This document shows, in pieces, positions 40,240 through 53,257 of a DNA stretch of 64,000 nt. Location: assembly GCA_051942245.1 (NCBI GenBank), contig JAVECL010000063.1, forward strand, positions 1-64,000, given 5' to 3'. A program made the position numbers and the translations under genes. The DNA comes from Trypethelium eluteriae. Lineage: Eukaryota. Under the pieces are notes generated by a model. It made no database searches. It was not told the origin of the DNA and saw only the letters and a list, made by a program, of their open reading frames with translations. How positions within the stretch are numbered: position 1 is the first letter of the stretch; every line of letters starts with the position of its first letter.

Positions 40240-41959
40240 CTAGGCTTTTTGTTGTGCAATCCAATTTTCATTCACGATTTCGAGTCTCTTCTCACTGCGT
40301 GGCAAGAATCTTGCTTTGAATGGCTTTGCGGACTTCAGCGGCACTTCATCAAATGCGTCATCAGATAAGTCCATCTTCACATCCAGCTCCCCTCCGTCAA
40401 CGGTTTTCGAGACCGGTCTAATCTCGAAAGCCCACACCATGTTCGCCAAAGCCAGAGCCAGCGCATTCTCGGCAAATCGCGATCCCGGACATATTCTTCG
40501 TCCGGCGCCAAAAGTGAAATGGTCACGGGCGTATGGGTCTGGCATCGCCGCATATTCGGCTGCTCGTTTGGTATAGTTGATATACCGCTCTGGCTTGAAC
40601 TCGAATGGATTGGGGTAACGGACGGGGTCAAAGTGAATCGCGGCAGTATTTCCGACGATGGCGGTGCCCTTCGGGATGACATAACCCTTATATACGACGT
40701 CGTTGTCCGTAAAATGCCTCAAAATCCATGGAGGAGCAGGACACAAGCGCAAGATTTCCTTGAGACATGCATTGATGTAAGGTAGGTGTTCCAAGTCCTC
40801 ATAAGTTGGAGCGCGGCTTTCGCCAACAGCCTCTTGAAGCTCTTGAAATGCCTTTGTCTGGACCTGTGGTGTTGCAGCAAGATACAGGATCAAATTACTG
40901 AGTGTCGCGGCCGACGTCTGAGATCCCGCTTCAACCAGACCTGCGCGGATGAGTGGGCGATCGTATATCGCGGTACAGAATGGCTTACCTCCAGCAATCC
41001 ATGCACAGTCTTCCTTTTGGAGTCCTTGAGAGGCGTAGTCACTTCGCATAAGGTCAGCCCCATAACAAGACGGTGCACTGCCACTATCGAACTGCTCCTG
41101 TAGAGTATTCCACATGCGCATCTTGACCCAAAGTACCCATTTCGCGTGCTCGAGTGCCTTTCTCCTCGATGGCTGCATCCAAGCGGGGAGTTTCGTGAGC
41201 GGGGGAATCTCATCTTCGATGAACGTTCCAGCCTTACCGAGTTTCCCCAGAAGTCTGCCGCTCTGTTCGGATAATTTAATATCTTCATGATCCATACGAT
41301 CGATGCGGGTCCCGTAAACAGCCGTCATCATGATGGAAAAAAGAGCGCGTCGGATATGACCGTAGAAAGCAGCGTTATTGAAATTATTGTTGGCCAGATC
41401 ATACATCAGTTGCCTGATCTCAAGTGTCTGGACTGGAACAAATGTCTGCACCATTTTTGGCGTCAATAAGCCGTGTACGACCTGGCGATATGCGCGCCAT
41501 CGTGGACCGTAAGGCATGGTCAACATTCTCATTCCTCCCACGACTAGCTCGCCTATTGGGGCTGGCATTTTTGACGAACATGAGATTGACTTCAGGACGC
41601 TATTGTCAACTTGTGATCCTGGACAAGTGGAAAAAAGTATCGTTCACCTGTTTGTCAAAAACTTCCTTGATTGCCTCAGGACTACTCAAAACAACCCAGT
41701 GATACCATCCGATGCGGATCTTGTACACTTCTCCATACTGCAGTGCCCATTCACGCAGCCTTTGTGTAGCATATGGAGGAAGACTTAGACCAATGCCAAC
41801 GACAATATTGCCTTTGGGTCCATCAATCTTGTTTAGCCGTCGGTCCCTGCGAATCCAGAAGGCGGCTACGACGAGCAGGAGCAATGCCCCTGCCGCGAGT
41901 AACACGGGATGCATGTATAGTTTTCCAGTAATAGACATCTTAGCAGTGATCGAGTACAT
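40240..41959 (-). CDS. Cytochrome P450 monooxygenase, 2 introns
   Basis: N-terminal TM anchor, MPYGPRWR, I-helix EAGSQTS, KEILR (ExxR), FKPERY, FGAGRRICPG heme ligand. Confidence 0.95.
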
Positions 41960-42372
41960 TGACGGACATGGTCTTGTCGTTTTCGATTTATTTTGGTCTG
42001 ACTGTGGAGAAGAAACTACCTACACTCGGGTCCCGTCGGCAGACCTCGCAGAACAAAACTTGGAAATCATCAGCCGCACTTGAATGATTCCTTTTGTAGG
42101 AGGCAACATTCTTTCGCAAATCTGATCTCGTACATGCGACGCTGACCGACGGTTTTCATGCCTATGGGCTGCGCATAATTCCAACACGTAGGCTCGCCGA
42201 AACTAAAGGATGACCCACGTGACCGGCCATTGCCTGAGAATTGTAGAGTGTAGAGTACTTCTCCGAAAAGTAACTTGAATGACTGAAGAATGAGCAAAGG
42301 TATAGAAATTGCTATGATCACGGACTGATCCAACTTCGCGGCCCATACGAGACCACAAAAAACCATATCAGA

Positions 42373-43577
42373 ATGGCGACAATCGCAAATAATCAGACCC
42401 GGCAAGATATTCTGGATTCGACTTTGCGGATCAAGCAGCTCACACAGCAGCCAAGCGACTTTTTGACCGACATCCTGGTCCAGCAACAGCAATACGCGTG
42501 CATCGAATGGCTATGCCACTTTAACATACTTACAGAAATCCCGCTCCCTCCCGATGGCATTTCATACGCGGATCTTGCGGCAAAGCTTAAAATATCAGAG
42601 TCGACACTGCGTTCCGTGGCACGAATGGCAATGACAGCGAATCTTTTGTGTGAGACAGGAGATGGGAGACTCGCGCATAATGCGCTCTCGGTTGTATTTG
42701 TGGAAGATGCTAGGCTGTCTTCGTGGCTCTCGTACATGGTTAATCGCTCGATTCCATGTATGAGGAACTTTGCGCAAGCCAGCAAGAAGTGGCCCGGTCC
42801 GACCAAGAATAACGAGACGGCGTACAATTTGGCAATGAATACCAATTTATCTTTTTTCGACCATCTTAAGGCAGACCCTGAGCTCAGCGCCGAGTTCGGC
42901 AAGTATATGGAAAGTCAATCCATAGTACATGCAGGAGCTAGTGTGCAACACCTACTTAAAGGGCTGGACTGGGCTGCTCTGGGAAAAGCAAAAGTAGTTG
43001 ATGTGAGTGTTATCTTGTAAGGCTTCTTGCCAGCGTTGACATAGTATAGGTTGGCGGGAATTCCGGGACCGCCGCGCTCGCACTGGCGAGAGAGTTTCCA
43101 GAGCTCCGATTTGTAGTCGAAGATCTTTCGGAGCCGATTCGAAATGCCCAAGCTCAAGCCAAGTCACTTCCAGCAGAAATTGCGGGGAGGATTGATTTTC
43201 TAGAGCACGACTTCTTTACTCCACAGCCGGTCAAAGGCGCAGATGTATACCTTTTACGCTTGATTATCCATGATTGGCCTGATGCAGATGCAGTCAGAAT
43301 TCTGAAAGCACTAGCCCGAGTAATGAAAGAGGGTAGTCGAATCGTTATTATGGACATGGTCCTTCCTAGGCCGGGAACAAGCTCTATCGCGCTCGAGGCA
43401 GCGCTTCGTCAGAAGGATCTTACGATGCGACAGGTGGTGAATGCTAAAGAGAGGGAAGTCGAGGATTGGCAGGCATTGGTCCGCAAGGTAGACGAGGGGT
43501 TACGTATCGTTGCGATTCGACACCCTGAGGGAAGTCAGCATTCCATCATCGAGATTTCGCGCTCGACTAGCCTGTAG
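42373..43577 (+). CDS. SAM-dependent O-methyltransferase (fungal aromatic type), 1 intron
   Basis: DWAALGKAKVVD|VGGNSG, HDFFTPQP, YLLRLIIHDWPD, NAKERE..DW. Confidence 0.93.
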
Positions 43578-44240
43578 TATACATGAGAGCACCTGCCTTC
43601 CCACCGAATCAATAGATTTCTCACGATGCACGCTTGCAAATACCTCCGCAGCGCTACCGTATTTAACTCTGAGTAATTGAAGTGAACAGAGAGTCGCTCC
43701 ACGTCATTTGGATTCAGCGGAGCCTGGCGGCGGTGAAGGGCGGGGCGGGATGAGTCAGCTTTGCAGAATCTGGGCACATGATAGTAGCCACATCATTTCG
43801 TCCTCCGTACTCTATCGTCTCCGAGGTTAACAGTTAAACACGATAGGTATGTCACTTGAAATACATCTAGAGGCTTGGTCTTACTCATCTGGAGCGCACT
43901 TAATATCGACTTTGTTAACCATGAATACCTAAAAGATGTAAAGGTAACTCCTTCAACTCAGGAGCAATTATACACAGGGCGACACTGATCCGACACCGAC
44001 CGAAACATGGGCTCAATAGGCTATTGAAATAAGCCAGAGATAATTACGCATGTCAAACTCAGATTGCATTCATGTATAGATACTGCCACAGTCCGTTTGC
44101 TATCTGTGTCTCATGATGTGCGGGCGTGCTATTGTGAATCCACCCTACAGCCTGTCGCACCCGAATATCGTCATGATTCGATAAGGTATGTGCACGAGAG
44201 AACTCATTGCCGAATTGATCACAGTCATGATCAACCACGC

Positions 44241-44818
44241 TTACGTGCTTTCGATGGCGACACGATTGCTTTGGAGAAGAGCTTTCTTCTCTATCTCTCC
44301 TGAGTCAATGCCTGCACCATTCATTTCTACCGCTTTGCCATCAAGAACATGGTCTTCAACCCAACCCACGGTCATACTTTCTCTGTCAGTCTTGTACGAT
44401 TCTGAAACGGCCATACTTACCGAGATCGCATCGTATCTGCAAAGTTTTCATGGTCCGGGACCACCACCTCAGTATAGAATGGATCAGCCTTCATACGGAC
44501 GAAATCTTCTATATCTCTGAACATAGCTTGTACTATGCAGTCATAGTCGGCGTGATTGTCAAACTGCGGGCCAGCGATTTTGGCCATCAGCTTTCTGGTC
44601 TCGGTCGTGTTGTGTACCTGAAAAGGTCAGCCTAGATGTATGGGAGTCCAGGCCGCCGTAGTGTTGATGCTTGCCATGGTGAACTTGATAATTCCATACT
44701 TAGCCAAGAGGCTTTTCACAAGTGGTCCGTGTTTCTCGCTCATGTACCTGTGGTAGTCTTCTTCGCCCATGCCCGGCTTGCGATAGGCGCAAACAGTCCA
44801 CTGAAACAGTCGCTGCAT
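44241..44818 (-). CDS. EthD-domain dehydratase/cyclase (AurZ/CTB10-like), about 158 aa, exons 44818-44675, 44617-44421, 44376-44241
   Basis: YRKPGM.EEDY..YM...H.PL....L.KYGI, HNTTETR, DYDC, DPFY...V.PDHENFAD..RSRMTVGW; first intron is GC-AG. Confidence 0.88.
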
Positions 44819-45745
44819 CTCTTGGCTTACGGCTCTTATGCTGAAACGGAGATGTTGTACTATCACTGATGAGTTCGTTATAGATTCGGCTGGTTGTATT
44901 TCACGTACAAGTGGAGTCCTCTAAGCTCGTTCGACGACACTCTGCTCTGACCCCTACTATGAAGGTGATGAGGAGGTTTTCTCAAACGCCACTCAAGAGA
45001 GCTGCTGAAGAGATTTGCAGAGGTGGAGCGAGGCTTTGATGTAGGTCTGCAAACCTACCAATTCTGTTAAGTGTTGAGGAAGATCGTATAATCCCTTGTC
45101 ATCAGATTGGTGGCGAGCTTCTTACCATTTGAAGTACTTGGGGTACTACTCAAACTATCGTCAGGCCAAGATACTGGGTATAGTATCTTTTATGGTATAG
45201 CTCTTCGCTCCGGTCTCTATACCATATTAGATTCTACGCCTTTCAAAGTTCACGAATAGGAATCAAAGCCAAAAAAAGACCAGAAATGGTAAATTGAGCG
45301 GGATTGTACGACATGTGAGTCTACGCTGCATTGGAACAATGCTCAAAACAAAGCATTCTGCTGATCATTTTCTTATTCCAGGTATTGCCGGCGTTCTCGG
45401 GCAGCGTGCAATCCACAACGGCGAACATTACCGAAACACCTGCCAAACTGTATCATACAACCGACAGCTTAGCGATGCAAGCACCATCCATTGCATGCTG
45501 GAGAAGGTAGAACCTGCATTGTCGGCGATTCTTGCCTGAATTGCGGCGCTGCTAGCACTGCATGCTATTTGCATGGGTCATCGACATGTCTATCAGATCA
45601 CAGATGCGAAGTCATCATTGCTTCAGTGTCATAGCGTGCTCTACATTTTGATGCCATCATAATGATTCAGAGGAAATGCCAACTGGGATATGAATGGCAA
45701 CCGCACCACGTGAAATCTTCTGGTAACCTCTGTAGCTAAACCACT

Positions 45746-48700
45746 ATGGACGATCTCATCCAATCAACTCCTTTCATGCCTCCCAATCGCGAAATCATTG
45801 TCTTCGGCGATTTGACCTATAGTTTCCAGCGAGATCTGCAGCAACTCTTGCACATCAAAGACAACGCCCATCTTGCGGACTTTTTCAGCCGAGCCTCTTT
45901 TGCCCTTCGCCGCGAATTCGCCTTACTATCGCAGCAGGAGCAAGAATGGCTACCGAGATTTACTAACCTAGTGGATCTTCTTGAAAATGTGGATGGAACC
46001 AAAGGAGCCCCCGCTCTACGATTTTCGCTCCTTTGCTTGTATCAGATAGGACGTTTCATTGGGTGAGACTGTACACGAACTTTGACGCACAATTAGCTAA
46101 GAAATAACTTATAGTCATTTTGGGAAGCCTATTACGGCGTATCCTACTCCAGAGAGCACTCTTTTACTTGGGCTTTGCACCGGATCCTTTGCCGCAGCTG
46201 CCATTTCAACTTCTCAGACCACTGCTGAGCTCGTCCCAGCTGGTGTAGAGGCGGTCATACATGCCTTCCGAACTGCTCTCTACTCATTCAAGCTTCAGCA
46301 AGACCTGGACCAGTCATCTTCCGTTACACCACAATCGTGGTCCCTATTGGTCAGCTTGTCTGAGCAACATGCTGCTGAATTGATTGAGCATGTTGTCACT
46401 GAAAAGGTAACTAAAGCGTCTGTAATGAGACTTTTACTCGTCTGAATTATGTTAGGGCATGCCGAAGAGACATCATCCATTTATCAGTGCAGTCAGTCCT
46501 AGCAACGTCACTATCAGTGGGCCACCAGGGAGCCTCGAGGACCTGTTAAGCTCTATGACACCAAAAGCTCATTTTTTGCCTTCTATTGAAACGCCCTTTC
46601 ATGCCCCACATCTCTACGGGCCTGGAGATGTGGAGGAAGTGCTTGGAGATCTGGTGAATCAAACCCTCCAATCATATAAGCTCCGGATTCCCGTCTTATC
46701 TCCAGCATCTGGGACTTTGATTAAAGAAAGTAGTTTCCGAGCCCTCTTGCGTCAAGCTGTCCACGATGCGTTATGTGAGCAGATTCGATGGGACAACATT
46801 CTTTCTGCCTGCGTAGATCAAATTTCCGGGAACGAGGTTTGCCAAGAGTGCACTATCATGCCTTGCGCTTCCAATGCTGCCACACTTCTTTCCACAACAC
46901 TAAGCTCTATCAACGGCAAAACAATGTCAATCAGCAATGCCTTGAATGGCAGCATTGAGAATATCCAGCCTAGCGTAAATACTGGCCGATTTGGAGATTC
47001 CAAAATTGCTGTTGTCGGCTTCTCTGGTCGCTTTCCGGATGCAGCTTCTAACGAGGAGTTCTGGCAACTGTTGCGATCCGGTAAAGATACGCATTCTACT
47101 ATTCCAAAAGACCGCTTCGACTGGGAGGCGCACTTCGATTCGACTGGAGCAAAAAAGAACACCAGTCGAGTCAAATACGGCTGCTTTATCAACGAACCAG
47201 TAAGTCGATAACATGCTAGCCACTACTTGTGTACCAATCCTTAGATAGGGCATGTTTGATGCGCGCTTCTTCCGCCTATCTCCACGAGAAGCTGAGGATA
47301 CCGATCCAGCGCAGCGTCTGGCTTTAATGACGACCTATGAAGCGCTGGAGATGGCTGGATTTGTTCCGGACCGTACACCTTCATCACAACGTGATCGTGT
47401 TGGTGTCTTCTTCGGAACAACTAGCGATGATTGGCGTGAGGTAAACAGCGGTCAAGATGTGGGCACCTATTTCATTCCCGGGGGCAACCGTGCATTTGTA
47501 CCAGGCCGCATCACGTATGTGTCTCTCTATTTCTCGGGCTGTCTTATAACTCACGCTTACTCAGTTTCTTTTTCCGTTTCTCTGGACCAAGTATCAGCGT
47601 GGACACTGCATGTTCCTCTAGTTTTGCGGCTCTACACACTGCATGTCAATCTCTATGGCAGGGAGGATGCGATACTGCCATAGCCGGCGGTACAAATGTT
47701 CTTACAAATCCAGATAATTTCGCCGGCCTCGATAGAGGACATTTTCTCTCGACGACCGGAAACTGCAATCCATTCGATGACGATGCCAGTGGCTATTGCA
47801 GAGCAGACGCTGTTGCTTCTTTAGTACTGAAACGCCTCGAAGACGCCGAAGCTGACAACGATCCTATTTTTGGTGTTATAGCTGGCGTAAACACTAATCA
47901 CTGTGGCCAGACAGTATCTATTACCCGGCCACATGAAGGTGATCAACTTTCCCTCTTCAAACGCATCCTTCGACAATCTAACACCAACCCAATCGATGTC
48001 AACTATGTTGAAATGCACGGCACAGGCACTCAAGCTGGAGACGCTGCAGAAATGTCATCAGTTCTTACAGCCATGGTCCCCGGCTGCGAACGTATGCCTG
48101 GCCATCCTTTGCATTTGGGAGCAGTCAAGGCAAACGTTGGCCACGCCGAGTCTGCTTCTGGTGTGTCCGCAATGATCAAAGTTCTTATGATGATGCAGCA
48201 TAACGAGATACCCCCTCACGTGGGCATTAAAAATAGAATTAATAAGAATTATCCCCTCAACCTTGCGGAGCGTAATGTTAATATTGCATTCAAGCCCACG
48301 CCGTGGAGAAGAGCTGATTATCCAGGTAGGAAACGTATTAGTTTCTTGAACAACTTCAGTGCTGCTGGCGGCAATACAGCTGTCCTACTTGAAGATGCAC
48401 CTGAGCGTCAGGAATATGATCTAGGAAGTGATGTTCGAACATTGCATCCTGTGGTTGTCTCAGCGAACAGCTCAACGTCACTCAAAGCGAGCGTGACTTC
48501 ATTGTTGAGGTACCTTGACGAGAATCCGGATACGTCTCTTCCGGCTTTGTCGTACACGACGACTGCCCGCCGGTCTCACCACAAGTTCAGAGTGTCATTG
48601 GCAAGCACCGATGTTGGCGAACTTAAGAGTACCCTGCAGCGCCGTCTGGAGAACGACGAAATTGCGTCTGCCATTCCGGCTGGAAAAAAGCTTCCTCGCG

Positions 48701-51700
48701 TGGCATTTGCATTCACTGGCCAAGGAACGCTTTATGTTGGTCTTGGAAAAGAGCTTTATGAGACGATCAGTTCCTTCAGACAGGACATCCTGCGTTTCGA
48801 TCGTATCGCACAGCAACACGGTTTTCTGAGTTACCTACCACTCATTACATCAGATCCCAATGAGTTCAATGTCGAAGACGTTGACACTGTTAGAGCCCAT
48901 ATAGCACTTGTCTGTGTACAAATGGCTCTATATCGCTTATGGGTGTCGTGGGGCATTGTCCCAAGCCTTGCCATTGGGCACAGTTTGGGAGAATATGCGG
49001 CACTTTATGCAGCCGGAGTGCTAAATGCCAGCGATACGATTTATCTTGTTGGTTCCCGTGCAGAGCTCTTAACACTTCATTGCACCAAGGGGAGTCATTC
49101 CATGCTCGCAGTCAAGGCCCCTCCCAGTGCCGTGAAACGGACAATTTCACTCACCTCCTGCGATATAGCCTGCGCAAACTCGCCAACCAATACCGTTATC
49201 GCTGGATCAAGCCATGAAATCGATCGCGTTTCAGGCACTTTACGTGAAGAAGGACTCGAATGCGTTCCACTCAGCATTCCGTATGCCTTTCATTCCGCAC
49301 AGGTTGAATCCTGGTCCCAGAGATACGAGGGTGTAGCTAGCAAGATAAAGTACCACGCACCTACTGTACCATACATATCGCCACTACTGGAAAGGACTGT
49401 CCTGGTGGATGAAGCTGGCGTTTTGAACGGGACATACTTAACACAAGCCTGTCGAGCTACTGTAAACTTCTCTGGAGCTATCGAAGCTGCAAGGGACGCT
49501 GGAGCTGTTAACGGAGAAACGAGTTGGCTCGAAATTGGATCGCATCCAGCTTGCTCCACCTTCATTAAGCATATACTCGGATCGCAAACCATCACTTTGC
49601 CATCTCTCAGACAGGGCACAGATCCGTGGCGGACTCTAGTCCCCACTATACAGACATTCTATCTTAGTGGGCTCGAGATTCATTGGGATGAGTACCATCG
49701 TAATTTCCCTACTGCACACCAAGTACTTTCCCTCCCAAGCTACAAGTGGGAGTTGAAAAATTACTGGATCATGTATCGAGGAAACTTCTGCCTTTCCAAG
49801 GGCGACGAACCAGTGCCTACGCAGAAGATTACCGGAGCTACCCCGGCTTCCTACTTATCCTCTTCAGTACATCGTGTTCTTGAAGAGTGCCATGAATCGG
49901 ATAAATCAACATTGCTTACAGAATCTGACATTCACGATCCACGCCTCTATTCCATCTTTGAGGGCCATAAGGTTAATGGCGCAATTCTGTGTCCATCGGT
50001 AAGTTTTCGTCTATTAAGGGGAGATCGGAACATCGCTAACCGACTTAGTCGCTTTACGCCGACATGGCTCTCACGGTCGTACGGTACATGCTACGGGCGA
50101 ACGACATGCCAGCCGATGATATAGGATTGAACTGCGCAGAAATGAGGACCGAACGCTCTCTGATTGCGTCTCCGGATTCTAAATCTCAGTTGCTCCGGGT
50201 CTCGGCATCTGCAGACTGGGCTCGAGGTATTGTGTCGATTGCATTCTTCTCAGCCAGTACAGATTCGCGGAAGATTGCCGACCATGCGACATGTACGGTG
50301 AAAGTCACCCAGGCTCCAGCTGCTCTCTGGTTGCAGGAGTGGAAGCGACTGGCTCACCTCATATGTGGAAGGATATCTTCACTGCAGAAAAGTGTCGATG
50401 ATGGCCATTCCCACAAGCTGAAACGAGGACTAGCTTACAAGCTCTTTAGTTCTTTAGTCGACTACGGCAATAGTTACCAAGGTATGCAGGAAGTAGTTCT
50501 AAATACCGAGGGATTAGAGGCTACTGCACGGGTTGTCTTCCAAGTTGGGGATGAGGGTTTTTCCTGGAACCCCTGCTGGATTGATAGTCTTGGACATCTT
50601 GCCGGCTTTATCATGAATGGCAATGACAATATCCACTCCAAAGATGACGTATTTATCAACCATGGCTGGGGTGCTATGCGATGCGCAAAAGCATTTGAAC
50701 ACGGGAAAGTGTACCAAACATACAATAAGATGGAACCGGAAGACGAAAAAAGCAGTATGTATGTCGGTGACACGTACATATTGGAAAATGGCGCAATTGT
50801 AGCCATTTTTGAAGGAGTAAAGGTACATTACTGGGCCTTCTCCCGAAGTGACATTATCGCACTGACTGCTATTAGTTCCAACGCATTCCCCGCTCTGTTT
50901 TAAACCGTATGTTACCGCCAACGGCTCGACCAAACGTTACGGCGGTTCAGCAGCGCCCAGTGAAGGCTCAATCAATGTCCATGCCAGAACCCAAAACACC
51001 GCTTCCTAAACAGAGGATTGCGGCGGCACCCGTTCAGAATACCTTAATTACTCGGCTGAAAGCAGTCATTTCTGAGCAGGCTGGTATCGATATTGCCGAA
51101 TTGGATTTGGACACTCCATTCGCTGATTTTGGTATCGACTCTCTGTTGTCACTAACGGTTTCTAACCGCCTCCAAGACGAACTTGGATTGAACCTGTCGT
51201 CTTCAGCTTTTGTTGAGTTCCCTACCTTGCACGACATGATCGGTCATGTTGCCCCGTTTGAGTCCGTATCGCCATCCACTTCAGGCATTCCGACAGGCAC
51301 TTTAACACCGAGCCCACGGAGCGATGAAGATGACTTTGAGGGAGATGACACTGATGCTACTTCAGTAGATGAAGAGCCGGACGTTATAGCTACGGTCCGC
51401 GAGATCATCGCAGAACAGGTCGGCGTTGGCGTCGAAGAATTGAACATGAGCACAGATCTATCCGAACTCGGTATTGACTCTCTCTCATCGTTAACCATTA
51501 TCGGAAAACTCAACGAGATCGGTATCGAGGCTCCCTCAAGTCTTCTAGTTGAGAAAAGTACTCTACAAGAAATTGGAGAGATACTATTGCCAAAAACAAC
51601 GCCGTCCAAGCCGCAGGCTTCGGATCGACCAGCAGTGCAACAAGATAGGACGCAAAATGACTCTGCTCCAATTGAACAAGACAGGATGCCTGATTATCCA

Positions 51701-52513
51701 ACTCTGGCCGCCCTGGACGGGCCTCCGTATGCAACCTCTGTCCGACTTCAAGGCTCTTCGAAGAATCCCGAAAAGACTCTGTTTCTTTTTCCCGATGGGG
51801 CAGGATCGGCAACCTCATATACATCATTACCTACAATTTCTTCTACTATAGTTGTGTTCGGTCTCAACTGTCCATGGATGAAGACACCACAAGACCTACG
51901 CTGCTCCCTTCCGCAATATGTTTTGAAGTTTATTAAAGAGATCCGGCATAGACAACCCATTGGACCCTACTACTTTGGCGGTTGGTCTGCCGGTGGGATT
52001 CTGGCTTACGAGGCCGCGCAGCAACTGCTACGAGAGGGCCAGACAACGGCAAAGCTCATTCTGCTTGACTCTCCGGATCCGATCGGCATCCAAAGTCCTC
52101 CGCAGCGCATGTATGACTTCTTGGAGTCAATGGACATGTTCGGGCTAGATGGTCGAGAGCCCCCAAGCTGGCTGCGACCTCATTTTGCGGCATTTATTAC
52201 GATGTTGGACCAATACTGCCCCGTCCCGTTCTCAGCGAAGACCAGCTCTACGACGCACCTCATATATGCACGTGATGGGCTGTGCAAGAATCCTGGCGAC
52301 CCACGTCCGGAGGTGCGACCGGATGATCCACGCGAGATGCACTGGCTGCTCAACAACCGGACCGACTTTAGCGGTGGCGGCTGGAGAGATCTGGTGGGAC
52401 CCCAGAACTTGCGGGTCAGTGTGGTAGACAACGCCAACCACTATACGATGCTAGCCAAGGATAATAGTGCGCGGGCGGTAGCTAAGATCATTGCAGATTG
52501 CTTATCCATTTGA
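45746..52513 (+). CDS. Non-reducing polyketide synthase SAT-KS-AT-PT-ACP-ACP-TE, 6 introns
   Basis: [52 protein letters not shown] and [11 protein letters not shown]; ACPs GIDSLLSL and [31 protein letters not shown]. All six introns splice in frame. No C-methyltransferase or reductase domain. Confidence 0.97.
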
Positions 52514-53257
52514 GGTTATGTGCGGGATTATAGGTGAAACTGTAGCTGAGAGAGGCTAACCTAAATGACATGGTAATAGGAAGACGCTAAGGAACCGATA
52601 AGCGAACGCCTGAATGGAGCAGTATTGAGGGTCTACGAAGTCGTTCAACACACTTTCGGTTAGAGGACCATTAGAATTTATCATTGCATAGATCGAGGCG
52701 GTCTTAGGCTTACCATAGAGTATAGCAGCAATATACAAAAGTATAGAGGATAACGGTTTTCGAAAGAGAAGACAATAATTGGGGAATCGTATGAAACTAG
52801 TAGGGAATTTTCTCATGTACTCCGTATAACACGACTGCAATACAGGGGCAGAGTGGCATTGTCCAGGTTCTCACAGGAGCCGCCCAGATTCTCCATAACG
52901 ATTCTTCTTATTCAGAACGCGATCCCTATCCCTGAGTCTTTCGATGACTGCAATTTACCGGAAGAGGTGAGCACGATACCACGAAGAGTAACGTACGGTG
53001 CAGGTAGGGGGCTAGACTTTTCTAGACTGCATCAAGGTCAAGGTTCTTGGACAGCTTTGATTGGCGGAGAATCGGCAGACGGTAGTTAAAGTATTCCTCT
53101 TGTCCACCCCCTCGGCTACATTTTCCAGCCGCGCTCACCGGTCTTATATAAATGCCGAGAGGAAGCAGTCTATATAATTATTCAGGTGGTGCGCGGAAAT
53201 GATTCGTATGAGTTGGTTAAGAGCTGGGTAGAGGTTCCCGCCCAACAAATAAGCAAA

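Noticed and set aside
4648..52513. One tropolone-sesquiterpenoid or meroterpenoid supercluster (propeller + terpene cyclase + PKS + FMO + P450)
   Set aside because: The PKS lacks the C-methyltransferase and reductase domains of TropA-type synthases, no TropC-like dioxygenase is present, and unrelated genes (msrA, permease) intervene over tens of kb.
45746..52513. Naming the cluster as aurofusarin, cercosporin, fusarubin or DHN-melanin
   Set aside because: No laccase/fasciclin (aurofusarin, cercosporin), TE rather than a reductase terminus (fusarubin), and no scytalone dehydratase or THN-reductase-like gene. No gene symbols were assigned.
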